From contig CAVXJY010000007.1 of NCBI GenBank assembly GCA_963761855.1, forward strand, positions 28,470 through 92,469: a stretch of 64,000 nucleotides of DNA, written 5' to 3'. Shown here one piece after another: positions 10,184-21,300 of the stretch (position 1 is the stretch's first letter; every line of letters begins with the position of its first letter). The notes under the pieces were generated by a model. It saw nothing but the letters and a program-made list of their open reading frames with translations, was not told the origin of the DNA and made no database searches. The translations under genes were made by a program, and so were the position numbers. This DNA is from Bryobacterales bacterium. Lineage in GTDB: Bacteria; Acidobacteriota; Terriglobia; Bryobacterales; Bryobacteraceae.

Positions 10184-11359
10184 CTACCACACTTTAACAA
10201 AGTTTTTGCCGGGAAGCTGCCTCACCAGTCCCATCATCTCCAGTTCGAATAGGGCGGCCAGGAGTTCGGAAGTGGAAGTATCCTCTACTTTCTGCAGCAG
10301 ATCGTCCAGATGCGTAGCAGCGTCGACATGGAGAGCTTCGAGTGTGCGGCGGGCAACCGGTTCCAGGCCGGAGGCAGGATCGTTAGGCTTGGATGCTTCA
10401 GCCCCCGCTGCGGATTCGCCTCCCTCCACCAGGATCCGTTTGCGCCCTCTCTCTATTAGATGCCGGCGGGATTCAGCGGGCAGTTGGGAGACCACGTCAT
10501 TCCAGTCCTGAACGAGGCGCGCGCCCTGCTTGATCAGCAGGTTGGGGCACCAGCTCAGCTTCGAAGTGATGTTGCCCGGGATGGCGAAAACCTCGCGGCC
10601 CTGATCCATGGCCAACCGCGCCGTGATGGCCGAGCCACTGTACTGCGCTCCCTCCACCACCAGCACTCCCAAACTGATGCCGCTGATCACGCGATTGCGG
10701 ATGGGGAAGTTTTGCGGGAACGCAGTAGTTCCCATGGGGAATTCGGAAACGATCAAGCCCTTTTGCGCCAGGTCCGCCATCAGGCCGCGATTCTCCGACG
10801 GGTATATTACGTCAACGCCGCAGCCGAGCACCGCAATCGTGCTGCCGCCCGCCTGCAACGCGCCCTTGTGCGCCGCAGTGTCGATGCCGCGCGCCATGCC
10901 GCTCGTGATGGCGAGGCCGGCGTGTGCCAGGTCCGCGCAAATCCGCTCAGCCACCGCCGTCCCGTACGGCGTGGCGCGACGGGTTCCCACCACGGCCAGC
11001 GAAAGCGCGCTCAGCAATTCCACCCGACCGCGGGCGAAGAGCACGATGGGAGGATCGAAGATCTCGCGCAACGCCTGCGGATAGCGCGGATCGCCGATGG
11101 TCACGGCCACAGCGCCGGCCGCTGTCATCTTCTCCTGCTCCGCCACGCCGTCTTCAAACGTGCAGCCGCTCGCAATCGACTGGGCTACCGCGCCGCTCAC
11201 GCCGGCGCCTTCGAGCTCGGTGCGCGAGGCGTGGAAGATAGCTGCAGGCGTGCGAAACCGGTCCAGCAGCTTTCCGGCGCCTCTGGCGCCCAGCCCGGGC
11301 ACCAGTTGTAATGCCAGCCAGTAGAGTTCTTCATCCCGGCTGAGTGCGGGAGGTGACAT
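10184..11359 (-). CDS. dprA: DNA-processing protein DprA
   Basis: 391 aa. Rossmann-like core (VVGTRRATPYG, SGMARGIDTAAH, VVEGAQYSGSAITA) and the classic dprA-topA adjacency. Confidence 0.9.
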   Translation of the reverse strand: MSPPALSRDEELYWLALQLVPGLGARGAGKLLDRFRTPAAIFHASRTELEGAGVSGAVAQSIASGCTFEDGVAEQEKMTAAGAVAVTIGDPRYPQALREIFDPPIVLFARGRVELLSALSLAVVGTRRATPYGTAVAERICADLAHAGLAITSGMARGIDTAAHKGALQAGGSTIAVLGCGVDVIYPSENRGLMADLAQKGLIVSEFPMGTTAFPQNFPIRNRVISGISLGVLVVEGAQYSGSAITARLAMDQGREVFAIPGNITSKLSWCPNLLIKQGARLVQDWNDVVSQLPAESRRHLIERGRKRILVEGGESAAGAEASKPNDPASGLEPVARRTLEALHVDAATHLDDLLQKVEDTSTSELLAALFELEMMGLVRQLPGKNFVKVW

Positions 11360-11435
11360 GGGGTCCCAAGTTTCCGATCACGACGATAGCAGCCGGGCGG
11401 CAAACCGCGCAAGTATACCAGGCGCGCGCTTGGGC

Positions 11436-13479
11436 TTACATGCGGTGAAAGGCTTTCAGGATTTCCCGTGTGGAGTAATGCATGGCGATGGGGCGGCCGT
11501 GCGGGCAGCTCATGGGACAATCGGTTTCGGAGAGAGCGCGCAACAGCCATTCCATCTTGGCGGCGTCGAGGCGGGTGTTGATCTTGATGGCGGCGCGGCA
11601 GGCGATGCCGGCGGAAATCTCGCGGCGCAGGTCGTCGAGCGAGCGCTGGCGCAGTTCGCCTTCGGCGATTTCCAGAATCTCGAACAGGATCTGCTCCAGG
11701 TCCGCGGCCCCGATGGCGGCTGGCGCGGATTTTACAGCGATGGTGCGGTTGCCGAACGGCTCGGTTTCGAAGCCGGAGGCGCGCAGCTCATCGGCGATGC
11801 GGGCGTAATCGATCTGCTGCTCGGCTGTGAGCGTGAGAATCATTGGCATCAGCAGGCGCTGGGTTTCCACGGTTCCGGCGGCGCGCTGCTTGAGCACCTG
11901 TTCGAAGAGGATGCGCTCATGCGCCACGTGCTGATCGACGATCCACAAGCCATCGCGCCCAGCGGCGACGATGAAGCTCTCGTGAATCTGGCCGAGGGGC
12001 CGCAAATCGGATAGCACCGAAAGCGACATTTCGGGCGGCGGGACGGCCTCGGGCGGAAATTCCCCATGGGCGTCGAGGTGGCGCGAGAGTCTCCCGGAAG
12101 GCCGAGGGCCTGGTGCAACTTCGAGCGGCGGCGCGCTGAAATCGAGGCGCGGCGAGGGGCCGGTGGTGGGCCGCAAGGCAAACTCGGGCGGCGGAAGTTC
12201 GCCTGGCGCGAGGAGCGTTTCGGGCGGCGCGGCTGCGCCGTCCGTGACTGGAACATGCCCGGCTTGCACTGGCTCGGCATCGACCAGGCTGGCCACATTG
12301 GGCGCCTGGTTTTCGATCATCTGGCTGAACTCGGAATACGGCAACCGTGCAGCGGGCTGTTCAGCGGCGGCGGGGCGCGAGGCGGGCGGGAACGACGGCG
12401 CAGGGCGGCTCTCCATCAAGCGCTCGCGAATGGTGTCGCGGACAAAATCGTGCACGAACGAGCCGTGGCGGAAACGAACCTCGGTCTTCGAGGGGTGCAC
12501 ATTAACGTCCACCTCCTCGGCATCGCACTCGAGAAACAGCAGCGCGAACGGGTAGGCGGCGGGCGGCATCAGGTTGTGATAGGCGGACGAGAGAGCGTGC
12601 AGTAGCAGGCGGTCGCGAATCAAGCGGCCGTTGACGAAGATGAACACCGAATTGCGATTGGCCTTCTGCACTTGCGGCCGGGAAAAGAAGCCGGTGAGGC
12701 GGAAGCGGCGGGTCGGCGGCTCGTCCGGCTCGGCGCGGTATTCGGCAATGGCCTGTGTGGGCGGCGCGCTTTCATGCGCCAGGAAAAGGTCTTTCTCACG
12801 GTCGCCGATCTCGACGAGGTCCTCCAGCGTGCGCCCGCCGAAGACCTGATAGACGCGCTCGGCGAGAGTGGGGACGGGCGTGACGTACAGCAATTCGGTC
12901 GCGCCGCTGGTCAACCGAAAGGTCTTCTCCGGGTGGGCGAGGCTGTAGTGAGTGACCAGGCTGGCGATGTGGGCGAGCTCGGTTTGCTCGGTGCGCAGGA
13001 ACTTCTTTCGCGCGGGAACGTTATAGAAGAGGTCGCGCACGGTGATGGCGGTGCCGCCGCCGAGCGCCGCTTCTTCGCAGCGCAGCATCTTGCCGCCGGC
13101 GATTTCGATGCGCGTGCCGGTGGTCTCCTCGGCCGATCGCGTTTCGAGCAGCAGCCGCGACACGGAGGCAATCGATGGTAGCGCCTCGCCGCGGAAGCCG
13201 AGTGTGGAAATGGAGAGCAGGTCCTTGACGTCGCGCAGCTTGCTGGTGGCGTGGCGCTCGAAGGCGAGCAGGGCGTCGTCGCGCAACATGCCGCAGCCAT
13301 CGTCGGCGATGCGAATCAGGCGGCGGCCGCCGGATTCGACCTCGATGCGCAGCTCAGCGGCGCCGGCGTCGAGCGAATTCTTCGAGCAGTTCTTTGACGA
13401 CCGAAGCGGGACGTTCGACGACTTCACCAGCGGCTATCTTGTTGGCGACCTGGTCGGGCAGGATGCGGATGCGGCCCAT
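11436..13479 (-). pseudogene. mutL: DNA mismatch repair endonuclease MutL, reading frame interrupted by a 1-nt insertion at about codon 33 (or an assembly error)
   Basis: Main ORF 11436..13427 begins inside the ATPase motif ([14 protein letters not shown]). The canonical N-terminus [33 protein letters not shown] is encoded from ATG 13479 in another frame and stops at TGA 13357-13359. C-terminal endonuclease motifs DQHVAHERILFE and CPHGRP are present. Confidence 0.8.
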
Positions 13480-13605
13480 GGGCGATCTTATGATTCACTA
13501 TAGCCCAGGGGCAAACCGTGTACAGACACGGAGTTTCGCGAAATTCGAGCCAGCCCGGCTTTGCGCCCACCGCACCCTCACGGTCGCCGCTCCGAAAGCA
13601 CGCCG

Positions 13606-14031
13606 CTACCCCTGCGGCGGCTTCCCGAGGTTCAACAGCCAGCGGATGCCGAACCGGTCGGTGATCATCCCGAAGCGAGCGGCCCAGAATGTCTCCTGCA
13701 GGGGCATGTCGATTTTACCGTTTTCGCCGAGCGCGGCAAAGAGCGCGTCAACTTCCTGAAGGGTCTCGCATTGGATTGCCATCGAGAAATTGCCGCCTGG
13801 CTGGAGAGGCATGCCAGGCATGATGTCCGCCGCCATCAGAAGCGTGAGCGTTCCCTTGGTGAGCGTCGAATGCATGATGCGGTCTCTGACTTCCTTCGCC
13901 GCCCAAGCTGGATCGCCGGGGGCTTCGGAGAACGGCAGGAGGAATAGCTCAGCCGCAAAACATTTCTTGTAAAACTCCATCGCGTCGCGGCAGTTGCCGT
14001 CGAAGTTCAAAAAGGTGACGACTTCTTTCAT
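13606..14031 (-). CDS. VOC/glyoxalase-fold protein, PhnB-like
   Basis: 141 aa. The pattern FLNFDGNCRDAMEFYK...MHSTL...DRFGIRW is typical of the PhnB/YjdN family. Confidence 0.7.
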   Translation of the reverse strand: MKEVVTFLNFDGNCRDAMEFYKKCFAAELFLLPFSEAPGDPAWAAKEVRDRIMHSTLTKGTLTLLMAADIMPGMPLQPGGNFSMAIQCETLQEVDALFAALGENGKIDMPLQETFWAARFGMITDRFGIRWLLNLGKPPQG

Positions 14032-14101
14032 GAGTTAGTCCATTCTGATTATTAACGATCTCCTAATGGGCAAGCCGGTTCGAGCCAGTTCCAGTTTTCA
14101 G

Positions 14102-15247
14102 CTATGCGGCTTTGGGTTTTGCCATGAGTCCGGCGGCGGTGACGCAGGCGATGGCGGCGATGGGGACTACGAAGCTGAAGAGCACCGAACTGTGGTCGGC
14201 GACGAGGCCCATCAGAGGGGGCAGAATGGCGCCGCCGACAATGGCGGTGACCATGAGGCCGGAAAGCGGGTTAGCGTGTTTCGGCATGGCGTCGATGGCG
14301 GTGGAGAAGATGAGGGGGAAGATATTGGCGAATCCCAACCCCACGATGAAACAGGCCGCGGCGGCAAGGGCGGCAACGGGCACGAACAATCCGAACAAGC
14401 CGAGGAAGGAAACCGCGCAGGTGAGGGCAAAAAACTTACGCGGAGCCATCCAGGTTAAAATCACTCCACCGGAGAAGCGCCCGATGGTGAGAGCAGTGAA
14501 GAAGAGGCCGGTGCCCAGCAACCCTTCGCGCGCGATGTCGATATTGAACTGCTCCTTGAGGAACAGGGGAATGTTGGCGCTCATGCACACTTCGGCTCCT
14601 ACATAGAGGAAGATCGCGCCCACCATGGCCACTACGTAGCCGTTGCCGAGCAATTCCAGACACGAAGAGAAGGTGGCGGCATGACCTTCGCCGCTATCCC
14701 TTTTCACATGGAGCGTGCTCACGGCGAGCACCGTAATCGCCAGGGCGACGGCGTAAATGGGAAACATCACTTGCCAACTGACGTGAAAGTAGCGCTTTGC
14801 GATCAAGGGAATGAGGGGTCCGGAAAGCGACCCGATGGCCTTAACGAACTGCCCAAGTGAAAGATTGCGCGCGAACTTGCCGGGTGCGGAGACGTCGCGC
14901 ATGATGGGGTTGCCGGCTACCTGCAGAATGGCCGCGCCGGCATCGAGCAGCAGCACGGCGAGTAGAAATTGAGCGAAGGAGCTGAGGCCGAAGCTGGCGA
15001 TAAGCAGCCCGACCAGGGCGGTGCCGAGTCCGATCATCAGCACGGTTTTCTTGCCGCGCCGGTCTTGAAATACGCCCATTGGCACCGAGAGCAGGCCGAA
15101 CATGCTGAATCCGACGAAGGGAATCAGCGAGGCCACGGCGTTGCTCAAGTGAAATTCATCCTTTGCCAGGCCGACGAAGGGGCCGACGGCGTCGCCGAAA
15201 CCCATCGCCAGGAAAGCCAGAAAAACCGGAAGGGTGCGTATCTTCAT
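14102..15247 (-). CDS. MFS sugar transporter (fucose or glucose/galactose permease-like)
   Basis: ORF 14102..15490. In-frame ATG at 15247 gives MKIRTLPVFLAFLAMGFGDAVGPFVG..., about 12 TM helices, and an FQDRRGKK loop. Confidence 0.75.
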   Translation of the reverse strand: MKIRTLPVFLAFLAMGFGDAVGPFVGLAKDEFHLSNAVASLIPFVGFSMFGLLSVPMGVFQDRRGKKTVLMIGLGTALVGLLIASFGLSSFAQFLLAVLLLDAGAAILQVAGNPIMRDVSAPGKFARNLSLGQFVKAIGSLSGPLIPLIAKRYFHVSWQVMFPIYAVALAITVLAVSTLHVKRDSGEGHAATFSSCLELLGNGYVVAMVGAIFLYVGAEVCMSANIPLFLKEQFNIDIAREGLLGTGLFFTALTIGRFSGGVILTWMAPRKFFALTCAVSFLGLFGLFVPVAALAAAACFIVGLGFANIFPLIFSTAIDAMPKHANPLSGLMVTAIVGGAILPPLMGLVADHSSVLFSFVVPIAAIACVTAAGLMAKPKAA

Positions 15248-15423
15248 AGGTTCCGATGAATTGTAGCAAGTGGCGGGCGGGCGGCTTAGGGGAAGCTTCG
15301 AGACGGCGCTGTGGTGCCTTCCGCAGCGAACGGACAGCGTACCGCGTGCCCTGGCTGGTCCATGCGGAACGGCCAGCAAAGTTGCTGAGAGCGTTCTGGT
15401 CCACGGGGCACTGAGATTTTGAG

Positions 15424-16008
15424 GTGCCTTTGAAACCAAACCAACCAATGCCGACCAGGAGGAATCGAACTGTATCGCTGGTTCCAGCACAAGTCATCGA
15501 GCGGCGGATCCTGCTTGTTCGCGGGCGCAAGGTCATGCTCGACCGCGATCTCGCCACGCTCTACCAGGTGAAGCCGATTGCATTGCGTCAGGCCGTCAAG
15601 CGCAATCAGAGCCGATTCCCGCCCGATTTCGTGATTCAGCTTTCCCAGGAAGAAGCGGAGGGCTTGGTATCACAGAATGTGATACCTTCCCATCGGAGCC
15701 TCGGCGGATTCCTTCCCTACGCCTTCACCGAGCAAGGCGTTGCCATGCTCTCGAGCGTCCTGCGAAGCGAGCGCGCCATCATTGTGAACATCGCGATCAT
15801 GCGCACCTTCGTTCGCCTCCGGCAGATCCTTGCGACCCACAAACTGCTCGCTCGGAGGCTGATTGAGATGGAGGAAAAGTGCGATCGCCAGTTTAAGGTG
15901 GTGTTCGATATTCTGAAGGAGCTTATGGATCCGCCGGCGTTGCCGGGGAAAAAGCCGATCGGTTTCATTACCGCACCGCGAAGCAGGAATCAGTTGTCCA
16001 AGGCTTAA
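15424..16008 (+). CDS. ORF6N-domain protein (phage/antirepressor-associated DNA-binding domain)
   Basis: ILLVRGRKVMLDRDLATLYQVKPIALRQAVKRNQSRFPPDFVIQLSQEE...LPYAFTEQGVAMLSSVLRS matches the ORF6N family pattern. Start is uncertain (GTG 15424 or ATG 15448). Confidence 0.7.
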   Translation: MPLKPNQPMPTRRNRTVSLVPAQVIERRILLVRGRKVMLDRDLATLYQVKPIALRQAVKRNQSRFPPDFVIQLSQEEAEGLVSQNVIPSHRSLGGFLPYAFTEQGVAMLSSVLRSERAIIVNIAIMRTFVRLRQILATHKLLARRLIEMEEKCDRQFKVVFDILKELMDPPALPGKKPIGFITAPRSRNQLSKA

Positions 16009-16119
16009 GCACAGCAAGCCGGTTTCGCCGTGCCGGCCGCAGACAACTGCTCCCGGCCCCATCAGCCGCAAGCCCATTGCCAGCAAAGAGTGGTCCTCTG
16101 GATCCACCGCACAGCCCAG

Positions 16120-16149
16120 TTGCGCAGGCCGGGTTCGATCTGGTACACT
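16120..16149 (+). promoter_or_regulatory. candidate sigma70-type promoter for rplA (TTGCGC, 18 nt, TACACT)
   Basis: Hexamers at 16120-16125 and 16144-16149, about 80 nt upstream of the rplA ATG. By-eye match only. Confidence 0.25.
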
Positions 16150-16229
16150 GCTGGATGTTCCGAAGGTACGCTCAGTGGGAGGTTCGTTTGTCTGTTCGGA
16201 AAACGGACCGCTGGCACCAATGAGGTCAC

Positions 16230-16940
16230 ATGGCGCGTAAACCAGGCAAACACTATCAATCCGCCAGAAAACAGGTGGAAACCCGCGAATACCAGCTCGA
16301 AGAGGCTGTGACGCTCATCCAGAAAATCAAGTTCGCCAAGTTCGATGAGACCGTGGAGGTCCACATGCGGCTCGGCGTCGATCCCAAGCACGCCGACCAG
16401 ATGGTGCGGGGCACGGTGCTGATGCCGAACGGGCTGGGCAAGTCGAAAAAGGTGCTGGTGATCGCCAGCGGGGACAAGCAACGCGAAGCGACCGAGGCCG
16501 GCGCCGACTTTGTCGGCGGCGAGGACATGGTCAACAAGATTCAGTCGGAAAGCTGGACGGATTTCGACGCCGTGATCGCCACGCCGGACATGATGCGATC
16601 GGTTGGCAAGCTGGGCAAAGTGCTCGGGCCGCGCGGCCTGATGCCGAACCCCAAGACCGGCACAGTGACGGTGGACGTAGTCAAAGCGCTCAAGGAAATC
16701 AAGGCCGGCAAGGTGGAGTTCCGCGTGGATAAGACCGGCATCATTCATGCGCCGGTGGGAAAGATCAGCTTCGCGGCGCCCAAGTTGGTGGAGAACGCGG
16801 CAACCCTGATCACGGCGGTGATCAAAGCCAAGCCGGCGGTGGCGAAGGGCAAGTATGTGAGAAGCGCGACCATTTGCTCCACCATGGGGCCGGGCGTTGC
16901 CGTCGATACCGCGCCATTCAGCATAAAGACGGCGGTCTAA
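16230..16940 (+). CDS. rplA: 50S ribosomal protein L1
   Basis: 236 aa. [35 protein letters not shown] is a canonical L1 sequence. Confidence 0.97.
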   Translation: MARKPGKHYQSARKQVETREYQLEEAVTLIQKIKFAKFDETVEVHMRLGVDPKHADQMVRGTVLMPNGLGKSKKVLVIASGDKQREATEAGADFVGGEDMVNKIQSESWTDFDAVIATPDMMRSVGKLGKVLGPRGLMPNPKTGTVTVDVVKALKEIKAGKVEFRVDKTGIIHAPVGKISFAAPKLVENAATLITAVIKAKPAVAKGKYVRSATICSTMGPGVAVDTAPFSIKTAV

Positions 16941-16959
16941 GGCTCCGACAGGTATTTCC

Positions 16960-17487
16960 ATGAAAAAGAAGTCAGATAAGAAGAAGGATATCGACGCGCT
17001 GCACCAGGACCTGGAGCAGTCCGGCAACCTGTTCGTGACCGGCTATGAAAAGCTGCGCGTCGAGCAGGATTTCGAACTGCGCAAGGCGGTGCGCGGCGCG
17101 GGCGGCAAGTACCGGGTGATCAAGAACAACCTGGCAGAGAAAGCCGCCGAGGGCACGCCCTCGGAAGCGGTGCTCAAGAACCTGCGCGGCATGACCTCGC
17201 TGGCATACACGAGCAACGATCCGGTGGCGCTGGCCAAGGCGCTGACCACTTACGCAAAAGCCAACCCGTCGTTCACCTTCAAGGCGGGGATTGTGGAAGG
17301 CCGCGCGATTGACGTGCGGGCCATCAACGAACTGGCCAGCATGCCATCGAAGGAACAGATCTTTTCGAAGCTGTTGTACCTGATCGACGCGCCGGCGCAG
17401 CGGCTGGTAACGGTAATGCAGGCGGTGGGCCGCAATCTGGCCGTGGTGGTGGATCAGGGAGTGAAGGAAAACAAGTTTCAGGCGTAG
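16960..17487 (+). CDS. rplJ: 50S ribosomal protein L10
   Basis: 175 aa, L10 pattern, located between rplA and rplL. Confidence 0.95.
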   Translation: MKKKSDKKKDIDALHQDLEQSGNLFVTGYEKLRVEQDFELRKAVRGAGGKYRVIKNNLAEKAAEGTPSEAVLKNLRGMTSLAYTSNDPVALAKALTTYAKANPSFTFKAGIVEGRAIDVRAINELASMPSKEQIFSKLLYLIDAPAQRLVTVMQAVGRNLAVVVDQGVKENKFQA

Positions 17488-17544
17488 GGGCCGGGCACGC
17501 GGGGCCCGCGCCAGCGATTTTTTGATTCGAAGGAGTTGAGAGAG

Positions 17545-17928
17545 ATGGCGGACATTAACGCAATTGCGGAACAGATTCAGGGCCTGACGCTGCTGGAGGC
17601 ATCCCAGTTGGTCAAGCTGCTCGAGGAAAAGCTCGGAGTATCGGCGGCGGCGGCCGCTCCGGTGATGGTGGCCGGCGCCGGCGGAGGCGCAGCGGCTGCT
17701 CCGGCGGCCGAGGAGAAAACCGAGTTCACCGTGGTTCTGACAGCGGTCGGCGCGAACAAGATCAACGTGATCAAGGCGGTTCGCGAGGTCACCAGCCTGG
17801 GTCTAAAGGAAGCCAAAGACCTGGTGGATGGCGCTCCCAAGCCGGTCAAGGAAGGCGTCAGCAAGGAAGAAGCCGAGACCATCAAGAAGAAGTTCGCCGA
17901 CGCCGGCGCGACCGTCGAAGTGAAGTAA
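17545..17928 (+). CDS. rplL: 50S ribosomal protein L7/L12
   Basis: ATG 17545 lies 9 nt after AAGGAG. Ala-rich hinge and C-terminal [33 protein letters not shown]. Confidence 0.97.
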   Translation: MADINAIAEQIQGLTLLEASQLVKLLEEKLGVSAAAAAPVMVAGAGGGAAAAPAAEEKTEFTVVLTAVGANKINVIKAVREVTSLGLKEAKDLVDGAPKPVKEGVSKEEAETIKKKFADAGATVEVK

Positions 17929-17938
17929 GTCCCGAGGT

Positions 17939-18001
17939 CGGAGGCGTGAGCCTCCGGTGAAAACGCCGGCGGCGCGGCCGTCGGGCGAGGGAAGTTTTTT
18001 T
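17939..18001 (+). terminator. candidate rplL-rpoB attenuator: 7-bp GC hairpin with GTGA loop, then a GC-rich stretch ending in a T7 run
   Basis: CGGAGGC-GTGA-GCCTCCG at 17939-17956 and TTTTTTT at 17994-18001. A partial terminator is known at this position in E. coli. The stem directly abutting the T-run is not clean. Confidence 0.3.
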
Positions 18002-18006
18002 GTGGT

Positions 18007-18036
18007 TTGACTTGCCGGTGCAAGTCTTGCTAGTAT
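18007..18036 (+). promoter_or_regulatory. candidate sigma70-type promoter upstream of rpoB (TTGACT, 18 nt, TAGTAT)
   Basis: Hexamers at 18007-18012 and 18031-18036. This would give a leader of about 310 nt before the rpoB ATG at 18351. Confidence 0.35.
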
Positions 18037-18350
18037 AAGTAGTTGGGCTTTCGATTTCGCGGATTCGATCCCCATTGGAGAAAGTGATTCCCGAATCCTG
18101 GCACTTCAATTGCAGTTCGCGTGAAACTGCTGAGAGGGTACCTCTGTCTGTTTCGTGCCGTCAGGATTTCTGCACCCGCCCAACCACAGGCTCAAGCGTC
18201 ATTAGCAACGCTTCCGCGACACTAGTCCGCACCCTGCCCCTTTTCATACATTCGGCGCTCCACGAGGTTTCGCCTCCGGGAGCGCCCACGGTACTGTGCT
18301 TGTAGCCCCGGTCTCTTTGCGTTGGCTGTCCGGCCGTCAGGAGTTAAAGA

Positions 18351-21300
18351 ATGGCAAATCAAAATAACGGCGCCGTCCCCGAGCGAGTTGATTTTTCCAA
18401 GATCAAGACCTCGATCCCGATTCCGAACCTGATCGAAGTGCAGAAGAACTCGTACGAGCGGTTTCTGCAGATGGACCAGTTGCCGAACGAGAGAGAGGAC
18501 ATCGGTCTGCAGACCGTGTTCAGCTCGGTATTTCCGATTTCGGATTTCCGCGGCGTCAGCGACCTGGAGTTCGTCGACTACTCGATCGGCAATTGGGAGT
18601 GCAAGTGCGGCAACCTCAAAGGGCTGCACCACCTGCGCTCGACCTGCCGCAATTGCGGGGCAGCGGTGCGCACCGACCCGTTCCACGCCGGCGACATTCT
18701 CTGCCAGCGCTGCGGAACGTTCAACAAGAACGTAGTCACGTTTTGCAACAAGTGCGGCGACCCGGTGGGCTTGCAGTTGAAATACGACATGCAGGAGTGC
18801 CAGGAGCGCGGCATGACGTACGCCGCGCCACTGAAGGTGACCATCCGGCTGACGGTGTATTCGAAGGATCCGGAAACCCAGAAGAAGAGCGTGCGGGACA
18901 TCAAGGAGCAGGAAGTCTTCTTCGGCGAAATTCCGCTGATGACCGACAACGGCACGTTCATCATCAACGGCACGGAGCGCGTGATCGTAAGCCAGTTGCA
19001 CCGATCGCCTGGAGTGTTCTTCGAGCGCGTCCCGGCGCAAGGCTACTTCCTGGGCAAGATCATTCCGTATCGCGGAAGCTGGGTTGAGTTCGAGTACGAC
19101 AACAAGAATCTGCTGTACGTGCGCATCGACCGGAAGCGGAAATTCTACGGCTCCGTGTTTCTGCGTGCGCTTGGCCTCAAGACCGATGCGGACATTCTGC
19201 GCGCCTTCTACCGGATCAGCAAAATCAGCCTTAAGGACAAGAGGCTTTACTGGAACGTGGATGAAGGCCTGACCGGGCTGAAGCTCTCTCACGCCATTGC
19301 CACCAAGGGCGGGGAAACGGTGGTGGCGCAGGGCAAGAAGATCACACCATCGCTATTCAAGGAAATCCAAAAGGCCAAGATCGAGCGCGTGGAAGTGGCG
19401 GCGAACGATCTGGAAGGCGCCTACTCTGCGGCCGACGTGTGGGACAAAGAAACCGGCGAAGTGTTCATCGACGCCAACAGCGAGATCACGACCACCATCC
19501 TCAGCAAGCTGATCGACGCGGGCGTGGATGAGGTCGAAGTGTTTTTCCCGGAGCGCGACGAAGTGGGGATGGTGATATCGTCGACCATCAAGAAAGACGC
19601 GATCAAGACCCAGAACGAAGCGCTGATCGAGATTTACCGCAAGCTGCGTCCGGGCGATCCGCCGACGCTCGATACGGCCACGCAACTCTTCCAGGGGATG
19701 TTCTTCGACCCGCGAAAGTATGATTTTTCGCGCGTGGGCCGCATGAAGTTCAACATCAAGCTGCATGACAAGGCGGACGCGACCAGCCTGGACAAGCGCA
19801 CACTGGACAGCGAAGACTTCCGCGCCACGATCACCTACCTGCTGAAGCTGCGCAAGGGCATCGGGGCCGTGGACGATATTGACCACCTGGGCAACCGCCG
19901 CGTGCGCGCGGTTGGCGAACTGCTCGAAAACCAATTCCGCATCGGCCTGGTGCGCATGGAGCGCGCCATCAAGGAAAAGATGTCGGTGTACCAGGAAATG
20001 TCGACCGCCATGCCGCACGACCTGGTCAACGCCAAGCCGGTGATGGCGGCGATCCGCGAGTTCTTCGGATCCAGCCAGCTTTCGCAGTTCATGGACCAGA
20101 CCAACCCGCTTTCCGAGATCACGCATAAACGACGCCTTTCGGCGCTCGGACCGGGCGGCCTGAGCCGCGAGCGAGCCGGCTTCGAAGTGCGCGACGTGCA
20201 TCCTACGCATTACGGACGCATCTGCCCGATCGAAACGCCGGAAGGTCCGAACATCGGGCTGATCTCCTCGCTTTCCTGCTTTGCGCGGATCAACGAATAC
20301 GGCTTCATTGAGAGCCCGTACCGCAGAGTGGAAAAAGGCGTGGTGATCGACCAGGTGAAGATTCTCAACCCCGGCGACCTGGATTATAAAGTGGGCGACA
20401 CAGTGTCGCGCGCGCAGGCCGAGGAAGCCAACCGCAAGCTCAGCGCCAAGAAACAGCCGGCCGAGTACGAGGCCCACTGCGAGTACCTTTCCGCCTGGGA
20501 GGAAGACAAGTACACCATCGCCCAGGCCAATGTTGCGTTGGACGAGAAGGGCCGAATCGTACCCGAACTGTGCAACGCGCGCCAAGCCGGGAACTTCGTG
20601 CTCAAGCCGCGGGAGGAGATCGAGTACATCGATGTCAGCCCCAAGCAACTGGTCTCGGTGGCCGCCAGCTTGATCCCGTTCCTCGAAAACGACGACGCCA
20701 ACCGCGCACTGATGGGCTCGAACATGCAGCGCCAGGCGGTGCCGCTGCTCCGCGCCGACGCGCCTTATGTGGGCACCGGCATGGAGTACGTCACGGCGCG
20801 CGATTCGGGCGCGGTGGTTCTATGCAAGCGTTCCGGCGTGGTGGACTCGGTGGATAGCGAACGCATCATCGTCCGCGTGGAAGGCACTGCGCACGAAGGC
20901 CAGCTTTCGCGCGAAGTGGGCGCCGATATCTATCAGCTGACCAAGTTCAAACGCTCCAACCAGAATACGTGCATCAACCAGAAACCGATTGTGGAAGTCG
21001 GGCAGCGGGTAGTCAAAGGCCACGTGCTGGCCGACGGCCCGTGCACAGACATGGGAGAACTGGCGCTGGGGCGTAACGTGCTGGTGGCCTTCATGCCGTG
21101 GCGCGGGTACAACTTCGAAGACGCCATCCTGGTCAGCGAGAAGCTGGTCAAAGAGGATTACTACACTTCGATCCACATCGAGGAGTTCGAGATCGAGGCC
21201 CGCGACACAAAGCTGGGCCCGGAGGAAATTACCCGCGACATTCCCAACATCGCCGATTCGTTCCTGCGGAACCTGGACGAAAGCGGCATCATTCGTATCG

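Noticed and set aside
15248-15490. 81-codon N-terminal extension of the MFS transporter ORF
   Set aside because: The extension is non-hydrophobic and overlaps the ORF6N upstream region. ATG 15247 starts directly with the first TM helix.
16062-17027. 321-aa minus-strand ORF covering rplA
   Set aside because: Antisense to the canonical L1 gene.
17488-17544. GC-rich segment followed by TTTTTT between rplJ and rplL as a terminator
   Set aside because: I could not fold a convincing stem directly abutting the T-run, and termination between rplJ and rplL would be atypical.
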